Source: Epithemia pelagica
Taxonomy: Eukaryota; Protista; Bacillariophyta
Length of the DNA stretch: 64,000 bases
Reading direction: 5' to 3'
Assembly (NCBI GenBank): GCA_946965045.2
Contig: OX337239.1
Location: forward strand, 1 to 64,000
Shown: piece after piece, positions 32,439 through 43,622 of the stretch
Layout of the letters: the number at the start of each line of letters is the position of its first letter
How positions within the stretch are numbered: the first letter of the stretch is position 1
The notes under the pieces: model-generated
Seen by the model: only the letters and a program-made list of their open reading frames with translations
Told to the model about the DNA's origin: nothing
Database searches by the model: none
Translations under genes and position numbers: made by a program

Positions 32439-33047
32439 ATGATGAAATTGGCCGTTGTTTCCGCCTTGTTGGCTTCTGCCGCTGCCTTTGCTCCGGCCTC
32501 GCAGCAGCAACAACGATCTTCTTCTGCCTTGGCCGCCTTTGAAAAGGAATTGGGCGCTCAAGCTCCCTTGGGTTTCTTTGATCCGTTGGGCTTGGTGGCC
32601 GACGGCGATCAAGACAAGTTTGATCGTTTGCGGTACGTGGAACTGAAGCATGGCCGTATTGCCATGTTGGCCGTTGCCGGATACTTGACCACGGCCGGTG
32701 GAGTCCGTTTGCCCGGAGACATTGACTTGAGTGGCACCAGCTACTCCGACATTGGCGCTGGATTCTCCAGTTTGGTGCACATGCCCAAGGCCGGCTTGTT
32801 CCAAATGCTCTTGTTCATTGGATGGCTTGATGTCATTGTCATGAAGGACATTACCGGAACTGGAGAATTCAAGGGAGACTTCCGCAACGGATTCATTGAT
32901 TTTGGCTGGGACAAGCAAACGGACGAATGGAAGCTCCGAAAGCGGGCCATTGAATTGAACCAAGGCCGAGCTGCCATGATGGGAATCTTGGGACTCATGT
33001 TCCACGAGAAGATTGGTGTCTCGGTCTTGCCACCGGATCTTTCCTAA
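32439..33047 (+). CDS. Lhcf: Fucoxanthin chlorophyll a/c binding protein (Lhcf family)
   Basis: ASAAAFAP targeting motif; LGFFDPLGL, ELKHGRIAML and ELNQGRAAMMG. Confidence 0.97.
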   Translation: MMKLAVVSALLASAAAFAPASQQQQRSSSALAAFEKELGAQAPLGFFDPLGLVADGDQDKFDRLRYVELKHGRIAMLAVAGYLTTAGGVRLPGDIDLSGTSYSDIGAGFSSLVHMPKAGLFQMLLFIGWLDVIVMKDITGTGEFKGDFRNGFIDFGWDKQTDEWKLRKRAIELNQGRAAMMGILGLMFHEKIGVSVLPPDLS

Positions 33048-33987
33048 GTACCCACATAAATGTGGGAGACGAGCGCCTCTTTTACACACGGTATACATGT
33101 ATGCAGGATTTGGAAGAGGAACAGCCTGGTGTGGTGGAAACTCTGGACAGAACAGGTGTACGTGTTGGTACGCAGCACCATGAAGGACGATCTATTGGCC
33201 CAAGCAACCGGGTCGTCCCTCATGACACATCCAACTAATGAATGAATGAATGAAACCCCTATCCCATTAGCACGAATGCAATTTTGTGAATACTGGGAAA
33301 CCACTTTTTTGTATGTCCGTAGCCTAGAAACATTATTCGTAGTTGTGCTATCGTAGAGGAGATACTCTGATGCAAGTTGCAATGTCTTGTCTTTGGAACG
33401 ATCACAGAGAATCATTACGAAGAGGCTTGTCAAGGTTCTTGACGGTCTACAGACATATGGATGTACGCAAGGCACGTGCAAGTCGATGATGCACGGGAGA
33501 TGGAACCACACAACACATTTTACAGAGTCAATACCTAGTCCATGATATATCTAGAGGGAAGACAACACTACGATTTCCCATCCCCAGGACGACCATGTGT
33601 GTTCATTTCCGAGCGATTGGATTCTGCAAGTCCTGGACCCTGGACGAAGCATATCCCAGCTAGCACAGACGCGAACCGGGAGACAGTTTGATACCAACGC
33701 AAAGTGGTACCTCATTGCATTGTAGAGATTCGTGTCGCATGTCGTTGCTGGCTGACTGGTTGGATGAACGCAAAGAAGAAAAGAGAGTGCCTCTTGCACC
33801 ACAAACGTGGAGTGTACTACAGTCAATCCAAAGTTCTGATCGATACGATACTATATCATGGTTTATGTATACTGGAACCTGTTCTGTTTCTGATTGTATT
33901 CTTCTAAATATGACGAATGGCCGGCATCATTCGATTGATCAATCTATCTCTCTTCGAAATTCGATCTTGATTTTCACTTCTCACTAT

Positions 33988-34503
33988 TTAATTTCCAACT
34001 TCAACGGCAAGGGTGACTTCGGCGTCAGCGTCGAGAGAGAAACCAAAAGGCGGAGACAAGATGGTGATGGTCGTGTCGGTGAAACTGACTGTAACCCCGC
34101 GGTCAAATGTATCGGTAACAATACTCACATCTTTAATCTTGTCCTTGTCTAAATCTTGAAAATCCAAGATAATCTCCCAGTTGTTGGCATTGAAAGGATC
34201 TGAGAAAAGGGGTTCCTGAATGGTAATACTGGTTTCATCGATATCCACCAAAAGGGAAGCAGATCTATCATTGCTCGCTAGGAATTCCACAGAACCCTCG
34301 ACATCTGGATCCTGTGCAACCGTCACAGGCTGGGGACCTGCGTTTGCCGGAATGAAGGGGCTGACGGCGGGGTCGAAAAAGTTGGTTGTCCTGCTTCCCA
34401 ATAGCAACGTTCCTTCCACCTGCTTTCGAACTAGACCTCCCTTGCCCTTCTTCGAGCCGTTTCCACTCTTGGAGCCCTTTAAGACTCTCTTTTTTGAACA
34501 CAC
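33988..34503 (-). CDS. Hypothetical small acidic beta-rich protein, probably a last exon
   Basis: ORF with a KGSKSGNGSKKGKGG basic segment followed by a globular acidic domain; 5' end uncertain. Confidence 0.45.
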   Translation of the reverse strand: MCSKKRVLKGSKSGNGSKKGKGGLVRKQVEGTLLLGSRTTNFFDPAVSPFIPANAGPQPVTVAQDPDVEGSVEFLASNDRSASLLVDIDETSITIQEPLFSDPFNANNWEIILDFQDLDKDKIKDVSIVTDTFDRGVTVSFTDTTITILSPPFGFSLDADAEVTLAVEVGN

Positions 34504-35566
34504 ACCATCCGTTGCATTGTTACAAATGATTCGTCAAAATGCCGCGGATTACAAAGTAGCCCCCTTACACTAGACGTACCCGGGGGTGGAAAGATCGCTC
34601 GAAACTCGGAACTACAATACCCAGCCCTCGTCTGAGCAGCTATATTTCATATTACTATCTAACTACCTAGCTTGATTTTCCAACGAAACACCTTTACCCT
34701 TTTTTGTTCCATTGACAATTTGGGGGAGGGAAGCGAGCCTCTTGGGTTTGGCCCAAACAGAAACAGAATTCGGAAGACGTCCCCCAAGCCCAAGGGTATT
34801 TCAACTTTCACCACCAAGCACAACCACAACGTAACCCCCAATAGGACATCAGTTTTCGGCCCAGACAACTAAATAGACCATGAGTGACTTTGGATGGACT
34901 CATCAACAAAACACCTATTCGTAATCAACAAGCTGCCATGGTCGGACCTCGGATCATCCGAGCGAAAGAACGAATCGAACGAACCGATTCGAGTGATCAA
35001 CGAACCAACCAAGCTGCAGATTCTCAATCGACAAATTTGACTGTGCATTTCTGGCCGAGAAAAAGTAATGATACTTTTCAAGATACCATGTTTAGTTCCT
35101 GTCGCATGAGGAACAGTTTTCAGATCAACGCTTGTCATTAAAGACTGACCCAGTGATGGTCACACTATAACACACACAAGTCACTTGTTTCTTCTGTCTC
35201 TTGCTGCTCTCCTAGCAACAAGGTCAAGAGGAACCTTCTTGTAGCAACAAGGTCAAGGAAGGTCCTCGGATCCTTCCGAACGGCGGTAAACTTTTATGCA
35301 ATTGGATATTTGTCGGAAACAAGGAGAGTGGATCAACCGGTTCGGTTCTCCGTTGTTGGTTTCCTGGATGGATGGTGCAAAGGTTCTCCACCTCTGCAGC
35401 AGTGGTTTGTTCTCTCATTGGGTCGTTGGCAGTCTTTCGTGTACCGAACGAAGACCACCGTGTGGGCAGCAGCAGTCGATACGAGGTAGAGGTGCGGCTG
35501 GGACAAAGGAAGAGGAAAAGTGGCCTGGCAGCAAGGAATGGACGGTGTACTGTTCCGTGAGAAAGG

Positions 35567-35603
<37 letters not shown>

Positions 35604-36431
35604 CATTCCTAGGATTCGATGCAAGTCTCTGTATGGCCCTCTTAGCTGCGTTGGAACGTATCCAACGCAGCATCCGTTGTGCCCACACCCTTCACGCCAC
35701 ATGCAACTCCCACGCCAATGGAGGATGGAGGTGCGCCTGCGAGAAATAATGAGAAACCACACGGCCTGCTAGGGATCGCACCCATTCCCAGGATTCGTTG
35801 GATGTCTGTTGCTGTTTTTCCCTCTCTGTTTGGATCCACATAGGGAACATTCCAGAGGTCTCTGACAACATGTGACTGTATACGGAATCGACGTACCTCC
35901 TCTACAACTCACAGACATCCCCGTCTTGGGACCCGTGTGAGTGGTCCGTTGGAGAAGACAAATAGGACCACGACGACAAGGCCACCCAACACAGGAATCT
36001 GTTCTGTGACAAGGGCGTGTCGTAAGTGAGTATGGACAAAAGAACAAACAACAAGACAGCTATTGTATTCCACGTAGAGTACCAACAATCCAACAAAGAG
36101 CGTTACTCATCTTGTTCCATTCATTTCCCACCATGAAAAACATATGGAAGCTGTGTCAAGGGAACAGAAGACCCGTTCGAGTAGTATGGAAAGCACGCCA
36201 CAAGCACACCAAGCTCCATGTGTGTTTGAATGACACGATTCGATGAGAAACGTTGACTCTGTGTCAAGGAAAAGGGGGTCGTTGGATCGGTGTACGAATT
36301 CCTCAAGGTCTGGACCACCACCACCGCATCCCTCAGGAGCCCTTTCGTGACATTCATACTTTTGGGACAAGAACGTTTCCATAGCAACCCTTTTGTCGTC
36401 TGTTCAAACTGCACACGGTTTGGTGGTGATA

Positions 36432-37087
36432 ATGATGATGACAATGTGGAAACGGAGCCTGACGGCCCTCATTGTGGCCATTCTCTCGTCGTCGTCCGGT
36501 TTGTTCTCGAATTGCGGAGTGGGTGTTGCCGCGTCGTTGTTGGAATTGGTGGTGAGTTGCTGAATTTCAACTGTTGGGCACTGTTGATAGTTGCCGCATT
36601 CCGTGGCTCATGCTCACTCACTCACTTGTTGGATTCTCTCACGAACAAAAAGGAACCGGAGCACACTCATCGAACCTTGGGCAAAAAGGGTTACGACGAT
36701 GACGACTATTATGACGACGACGGCGACGACTATTATGACGACGATGACGACGACAATTACTATTCGGGCAAGAATGATAAAAAGGGCAAAAAGTATGGTT
36801 ACAAAAAGGACATGAAATACAAGAAGGACAAGAAACAGCCAAAGTACTACTACGATGATGATTATTATGACGATGATGATGACTATTATTATGGCGATGA
36901 TGACTATTATTATGGAGATGATGACTATTATTCAGGCAAAAAGGCCAAGGGCAAAAAGTATGCAGGCAAAAAGGACAAGGGCTCGAAAACGTATGGCAAA
37001 AAATATGGTGGATATTACAAGGGCAAAAAGTATGGAAAGGGCCAAAAGGGCAAGAAGTACTCGTACGACTACGATGACTATTATTAG
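36432..37087 (+). CDS. Secreted Lys/Tyr/Asp/Gly-rich protein with RXL motif, candidate biosilica-associated protein; exons 36432-36551 and 36653-37087
   Basis: Signal-like MMMTMWKRSLTALIVAILS...; phase-0 GTGAGT..AAG intron; HRTL-GKKG, then DDDYY repeats and many KxxK motifs. Confidence 0.75.
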
Positions 37088-37980
37088 GAACGAACGGACA
37101 TGCCCAAGAAAGTGTTGAGTTCACTCCTCTATAATTGCCAGAGACTTTTTTGTAGACTCGATGATTCTATCAAAAACTAGTCCCCATTTCTTGAATGCGC
37201 ATGGACCTCATCCATGTAGCTTAGGACTGGGTGACCCATTGTGGTCCAGTTGTAGTTTGGGAAATATGCGTGATTTCCCTTGTGATGGATCCACGAGAAA
37301 GTGAGGTTGGATTGGAACAGGACTTTTCCCCCTGGATTCGTCGTCCCCTTTGAACACTGCGCATCATACTCTTGGCAAACAACCAGAAAGGACCATTTGG
37401 GGGCTTCCTTCTCCGATCCGATTCGGGAGAAGGGATGGAGATGGAGATGGAGGTCCACTGGTTCCGAGCATGCAGTCGCTTTTTCTTTCTCGAAAAGATG
37501 GCGAATTCTACGGATTGCGCGAGCCCGAGAGCCCGTTCGTCGGTCGTGTCAAATCCTTGCTTCTGTACTAGCTAAGATTAGAGTAGAAAGCTCGGCTCTT
37601 CATTGCACTGACTGTATGTCTTGTTATGCGAATCTTATATGATTTCTATTTCCATCTACTTGTAACTAACTAGCGGGCTTTTTCAACGAGACATTCTGCT
37701 CCAGCAGTCTTACTCTTGTTTGTACGCACTTTTTTGTTCCGGCACGCAATGACCCACACTCCAAAGTCAAACCACACTTGTTGCGACACATCATCTCTTG
37801 TTACGAATCTTGTTCCATTGTTTTTGGTTCGGTTTCTGCCCAACGCCAACGAGACAGGGAAACACAAGGTCTCAAGGATCGGGTTGTGATTTGTGGTGAC
37901 GACAGCTACTGTGAAGAATATCTGGTTCGACCATCATTCCAATGACCGTGACGACGATGACAGCCCCACGATTGTGCGGC

Positions 37981-38230
37981 ATGGCAGTCTTTCTACGTGT
38001 TCTGGTTCTGGTCCTTGTGGCCTGCCTCGATCCAGTCCAAGCCGCCACCACCAAAACCATTTCGTGGATCGTTCCAGGAGGTGCCTCCTTGCCCGATGAG
38101 ACGGCCAAGGTGGGCGATACCTTTGTATTTAATTTCATCAGTAGGTGACGTATCGGAATGAATCATTGAATAAAGGACCACGATGGGAGTCAAGATTCTG
38201 GTATCTCAATGTTTGTTTCCTTTTGTCTCG

Positions 38231-38262
<32 letters not shown>

Positions 38263-38628
38263 GGGTGTTGTATTCTGTTTTTCTTGTTCATGACAGCCGG
38301 TTCTCACAATGTGTACCGTCATGTGGAGGCCAATTGCAATACGGACGGGAGTACCTTGGTGGGCAATGACGGAGGGGGTGCCACGACGTATACCTTTACC
38401 GCTGCCGATCTCGCTGACGGCGAGGTCGTCTTTGCCTGTCAAGTGGGGAGTCATTGTACGTCGGGACAAATTCTCACGGTCCAAGTTGTAGAAGACGATC
38501 CAGAAGACGATCCAGAAGACGATCCGGCTACCAGTGGATCTCACATGCAACGGGTGACGGGTTGGTCCTGGGGCGTTGCCACAGTTTCTCTGGGAACGGT
38601 GATGATGATGATGATGGTCATGGCCTAA
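37981..38628 (+). CDS. Cupredoxin/phytocyanin-like protein with signal peptide and probable GPI tail; exons 37981-38140 and 38297-38628
   Basis: HNVY and ACQVGSHCTSGQ copper-site pattern; phase-1 intron joins the frames; hydrophobic C-terminus. Confidence 0.8.
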
Positions 38629-39435
38629 TTGGATGTATCATGGCTCCTCTCTCTGGGGGTGATGACCGAGTTCCCAAAGTACTGAATCTGTAAATCACAT
38701 AGTTCTACATTGTATGTTGCATGTGGTATTGTCTTTCTGGTTGTCCTTCTCCAAAGGCCGAACAGCACATGTTCCAATAGTCTCAACCACAATGTGTGGT
38801 GCGTGGAAACGAGGCGTGAGGCGGCGCTCGAATGGAGCAACACTCTACGACGACGCCATTCTTACTCTTTTCCTTCTGTTTTGGGATTCCTAGCTTTAGG
38901 ATATTGGAATGTCTGGTTCATTGGCTGTTGATCTTTGTTCGGGGAGGAGGACGAGAAAAGCGATCTGGATGCCGCCGTAACCTTTTTCTCCTAGGTCCGC
39001 TAGCTAGAAGCAGTCGGGGCGTTTGAAAGGCGACCTTTTCTTTCACCCGCACATGACAAACCACGTCACCCCAACAGAGTTCGTGATTCAGATTCTCGTC
39101 CGGTGCGGCGCCGTGTTGATTGGTGATTGGCAGTCGTCATCGTCCTCATCGTCACCACCGTCGATTGTCTCTCGAAAGAAGAGGGATCGCCGTCCAAGTT
39201 CCTCCAAGTCGTCGATCGTGTTGTTGTGCATTGTCCTCTGTCCTTGTGCGACTGTGTCTGTGTGTGTCCTTACGCATTACGCACACATCATCATCGTCCC
39301 CACAGCTCCAACGAGAACAACAACAACACTACCGTCGTCGTTTCTAGAAGCAACACTAGAATCAACCTTACTCCATCTACCACTCTTCTGTATCATCTAC
39401 ACAACTAATACTACACTGTCTCTCACACACACAAA

Positions 39436-40441
39436 ATGTCGGAAGAAGTGAAAAAGGAATACACGTTGGATGCGATTGCCAAGCACAACTCGGCCGATAG
39501 TTGCTGGCTCATTATTGGCAATGCCTCCAATGGTACGACCGACCGACACCTAAACAATGACGACGACGACACGAACAAGAGAGTACCAGTCGAACGATTC
39601 CATGTCGTTGGTTGTTGCTGTTGTTGTTCCAATGGAGAATCTGATCCGTCTCTTTTTCTGATCTCTTGTTGTTGTTGTTGTTGTTGTTGTTGTGTTTCTC
39701 GTGTTCTGCTTGGTGGATGGCTGTCTCCGGGTCTGGTCGCTCCTCTGGTCTACATTGTCTCGCTTGGGTTTCTTTTGCTTCTTCGCTTGGGGATGTTTTG
39801 GTGGGAATGATGCTTGATGACGATGATCGATGATGAATGGTTTGGATTGGATGGTTGTTGTGGCCTATGGTCGTCCTTTTGGGTATGCTGGGTCCTCGTC
39901 GTTGGGTGGATTCTGCGGCTCTTGGAACGGTACAAACACACGTGGGTTTTCTTGTGTCGCGGTTCTCTTGTACACTGCTCTGCATATGGCATACTTGTGT
40001 TGATGCGGATGAATTTCCTCGAAAACCCAATGGAATCTGGTCCTTGTCTTTGTCGTTTCCTTGGTTGATGTGTGCGTGTGTCGGTGTGAATGATTCGTAC
40101 TACAACTCTATTTCATAGGCGGTCCCAAGGTGTACGATGTGACCAAGTATTTGGACGATCATCCGGGGGGTGCCGAAGTCATGTTGGATGTGGGTGGTCA
40201 AGATGCGGATGAATTTTTTGAAGATATTGGGCATTCCAAGGAAGCCCGAAAGGAATTGGAAAAGTATTACATTGGGGAATTCAAACTCGATGAGGCCGCC
40301 AAGGCGGCCCTGGCGGCCAAGGCGCTGGCCAAACAAAAGGCCAGTCAAGCCTCCTCGTCCTCCCTCGTCAGTATCATGGTCCTCGTGGCCCTCATTGCCA
40401 TTGCCGTTGGATACTATCAAACAATAATCGCCAAGGCATAA
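39436..40441 (+). CDS. CYB5: Cytochrome b5, tail-anchored; exons 39436-39532 and 40119-40441
   Basis: HN...[19 protein letters not shown] and FEDIGHS heme motifs, C-terminal TM helix; phase-1 intron of 586 bp. Confidence 0.93.
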
Positions 40442-40819
40442 CAACAACACACAACACAATATGTTCGACCGACAAATATCCATTGGAATCCAATCAATGG
40501 ACAAGACGCTTTTCGTTGGGAATGCACACCAACCCGGGAATACGAGTCGCCGGAGGGATTTCTAGCAGGATATATGCGTTTCTACTTGAAATAGTAATAC
40601 CTATAGACAAACTTGTGTGTGTGTGTTTGGTGGCTTGTGAATCTACTCCTAGCGATACAAAGATTCCACACAAACGTCTAAACAAGAGGTGGTACAACTA
40701 GCGAACATTCTTCCAGTCCATCCTGGATTCCCACCACCACCACCACTACTTGTACGAACCAAGACGCTTTACTCATTCCCGGCAGTTTGTTCGTGTCCCA
40801 CATTCATCCCCTCCATGGC

Positions 40820-42178
40820 CTAGGCCGAACCGGCCGAGTCTTGTGGGTGTCCTCCAAACGCCGGCACTTGGACCAAACCATAGAGGACGGGTCGAAAACA
40901 CTCGCGACTCGTATGCTGCGGCAAGTCGTTGTCGTGTCGTTGCGAGGCTTGATAGCCCTGCAAGGTATATCCACCCCGGACTCCGGCCAATTGGACAAAG
41001 ACCAGGTATCCAAACTTGTACGAGTCCGAATCATGGGAGGCTGCGGTCGCCATACTGGTCTGTGGTTCGGGATGTCGAATGTGCCAATTTCCAGCCCATA
41101 CCAAATCATCGCCAATGCTGGGTTCCGTCGTGCTTTGATACAATTCCCACGACAACAATGGATTCTTGTTGTCCTGGTGCCGTTGCTGACACCAATACAT
41201 CCAGGAATCGGGCTGTGGTAGTGATGATTGGTAGGTTCCCGAGGAGGATCCATAAATCAGGTACTGGGTCACTTGTTGTCGATTCTGTGCGACAAACTCG
41301 CCATTGGCGGACTGTAAAGTGGCATCGACCGTCAAAAACCGGGCCAGGACGGCGGCCAAGGCGTCGTAGGTACAGTCCGAGACGGCCGTCATTTCATACG
41401 TCAGTTGCGCCAAGACCATGGTGCCCAAGGCACCCGCTTGGGAGGACGACTCAAAGCAGTTGGCGGGTGTGGATGGATTCTTCTTGTCAGTGGGCTTGCT
41501 CGTGGGACGGGGCGTCGCATATCCTTTTTTGGGTTGGTATTTTGGGTTTGGTTTGCTTTTGGAACTCTTGCGCTTTTTGGGTTTGTACTGTTTGGCCCAC
41601 TTGGTTTTGCTCTTTTTGTGGGAATCATACGAGGACGACTGTTTGGTGTATTTCACTTTGCGAGTCTTGTCTTGATCACCACCATGCTCATTGTGGTTGT
41701 GGTTGTTTCGTCGGTGTCGACTCTGCAGGCGTAATTCGTCGTACGACACCAGCGGGGACGTGTACCTGTGTTTTGCGAGGGTGGCCTGTTCGTCGCTGTG
41801 ACTGTGGCTATCACTGACCATGGCAGTGGCGTGGCTGGTTGTCCGGGTGGATTCGGAACCGACCACCAAAGAAGACGACGACGACAAGGGTTGTTCCATC
41901 GTCACACCAACAACCACGTCCGGTGGAGTCGTGGGAGTGGACCAATCATCGGAACGAGTCGTGGAATGAACCCCAACATGGCTCGAGACGACGGCATGGG
42001 CCGCAGCCGAGGCAGCCATGGATTCCACAAGTTGCGATTCGTCAAAGTCCCCATTCCAGGACGACGACGACGACGAGGATTGTGCGGCGGTCTGCGCACG
42101 GGTACTTCTCGAAACACTGAGGAGGATCGCCCCCAACATGACAAGCATGCGTGCCGGACGAGGACCGAGTAGAATCAT
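40820..42178 (-). CDS. Hypothetical secreted protein with Ser-rich and Lys-rich segments and a C-terminal globular domain
   Basis: Signal-like MLVMLGAILLSVSRSTRA within ORF 40820-42766; KxxK-rich stretch; start codon uncertain. Confidence 0.55.
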   Translation of the reverse strand: MILLGPRPARMLVMLGAILLSVSRSTRAQTAAQSSSSSSSWNGDFDESQLVESMAASAAAHAVVSSHVGVHSTTRSDDWSTPTTPPDVVVGVTMEQPLSSSSSLVVGSESTRTTSHATAMVSDSHSHSDEQATLAKHRYTSPLVSYDELRLQSRHRRNNHNHNEHGGDQDKTRKVKYTKQSSSYDSHKKSKTKWAKQYKPKKRKSSKSKPNPKYQPKKGYATPRPTSKPTDKKNPSTPANCFESSSQAGALGTMVLAQLTYEMTAVSDCTYDALAAVLARFLTVDATLQSANGEFVAQNRQQVTQYLIYGSSSGTYQSSLPQPDSWMYWCQQRHQDNKNPLLSWELYQSTTEPSIGDDLVWAGNWHIRHPEPQTSMATAASHDSDSYKFGYLVFVQLAGVRGGYTLQGYQASQRHDNDLPQHTSRECFRPVLYGLVQVPAFGGHPQDSAGSA

Positions 42179-43622
42179 GTTGTTGCTGATATTGATCTTC
42201 TTGTTCTGTTTGTTGCTTGGTCTCATCAATGGCACTGTTGCTGTTGTTGGGTTGTGTGACCCGCAAACGCTGGGCTGGCGTTCAACGGCGTGTGACGGAA
42301 ATCTGCGCGCCCGTTGTTCTTTTCGAACGCATGCCGCTTCGTGCGTTCTACCCTTGTCGAGTTTCGAGTCCCCTTTGTCTCTAGTAGGTAGCTGTGCTAT
42401 TTCTCTCATCATCCCATGGAAAGCTCCAACAAGAGAACCGTCCTTGTCATTGCCATCTTGCCATTCCCGTTGTGTTGTAATCCTGAAGAACACCACGCTA
42501 TAAACGTCCAAGGCTGCGGTCATCGTTTGTTGTATGAAGGAGATGGGATACGGGCATAGTTCTGTAAGCCGCAAGCATTCACAGAGCGGACAATACACAG
42601 TCTTTAAGGAAGCACAGCATAGACACAGGTCATTGACATTGATCCGTGCTGCCTTGTTTCTGCGGACTGTGCCGGAGAGTGGGAGGAAGAATCCCACTCG
42701 ATTGTTGCCATACTCTAGGTACTTGTAGACAGAAACAAAGTCTTCTCCGGAAAGGACCGAAACCATGGCAACTTGTTCCTTCGTTCGGTCACATGCACGA
42801 CACGAAAGTTACCGTTCGAGTACGACTACCATGACCATGACCACAATGACTGCGCGTCTACGACAAAAAATCGATCCGTTGGTGTTGGTGGGGCGAGAAT
42901 TCGTCTGAGTTCAGTATGAACGGGACGGGTGGGCCGGAAGGCTTGGGGTCTGGGGTGGGAATTTCCAGAAAGACCAGCTGTTCCGAAAACGGACGGACAC
43001 TAGAGTAAAAAGTACAATTGAGCAAACATGGCGGTTGATGAAACGGTTAAATATATATGGCAATGATATAGCAATGAATATTTTAATGGTCAGTCATGGT
43101 ATGATTTGGAGGTGCACCTCCAACCGCGTAAAATGTCAGTGGCGACTCACCCTTGACGTATCGTTAGTAATAATGTAAGACTCCCAACCATCGATCTATG
43201 ACCACCACAAGCGTTTTTTGTGTCGAAGCCTGTAATTTGACGTTGAATGACGTTACGAGCTCCCGGCTCACGATCGCACCACTGCATAATAGCACCACCA
43301 TCACCATGAACAGTAAAGCCGCAGTGCACCTCCAACGAAAGGTGCTAGCACTCCTCCGACCATCAAGCATGCCTCAGAATGGAGTGTACCGTGAAGGTTG
43401 AAAAGGGCGGCGATGAGTTGGATAGTTTGATCGAGCTACAACTACATTTGCAATGTCTTCCAGTTTGATGAGTGATGAGGGAAAGTCGTGACAAGAATAT
43501 CAACAATGGAGACAGATAACGATGGAAAGATAAAGATCACAACGGAGGAACGACGGAGAAAGATTCAATTCGGGTCAAGGAATGATGGACGACCCGGAAA
43601 TTGAAACACGGCAATCAGACGG

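Noticed and set aside
35570-39695. (GA)n and (TTG)n tracts near 35573, 38231 and 39666
   Set aside because: Ordinary intronic or intergenic microsatellites.
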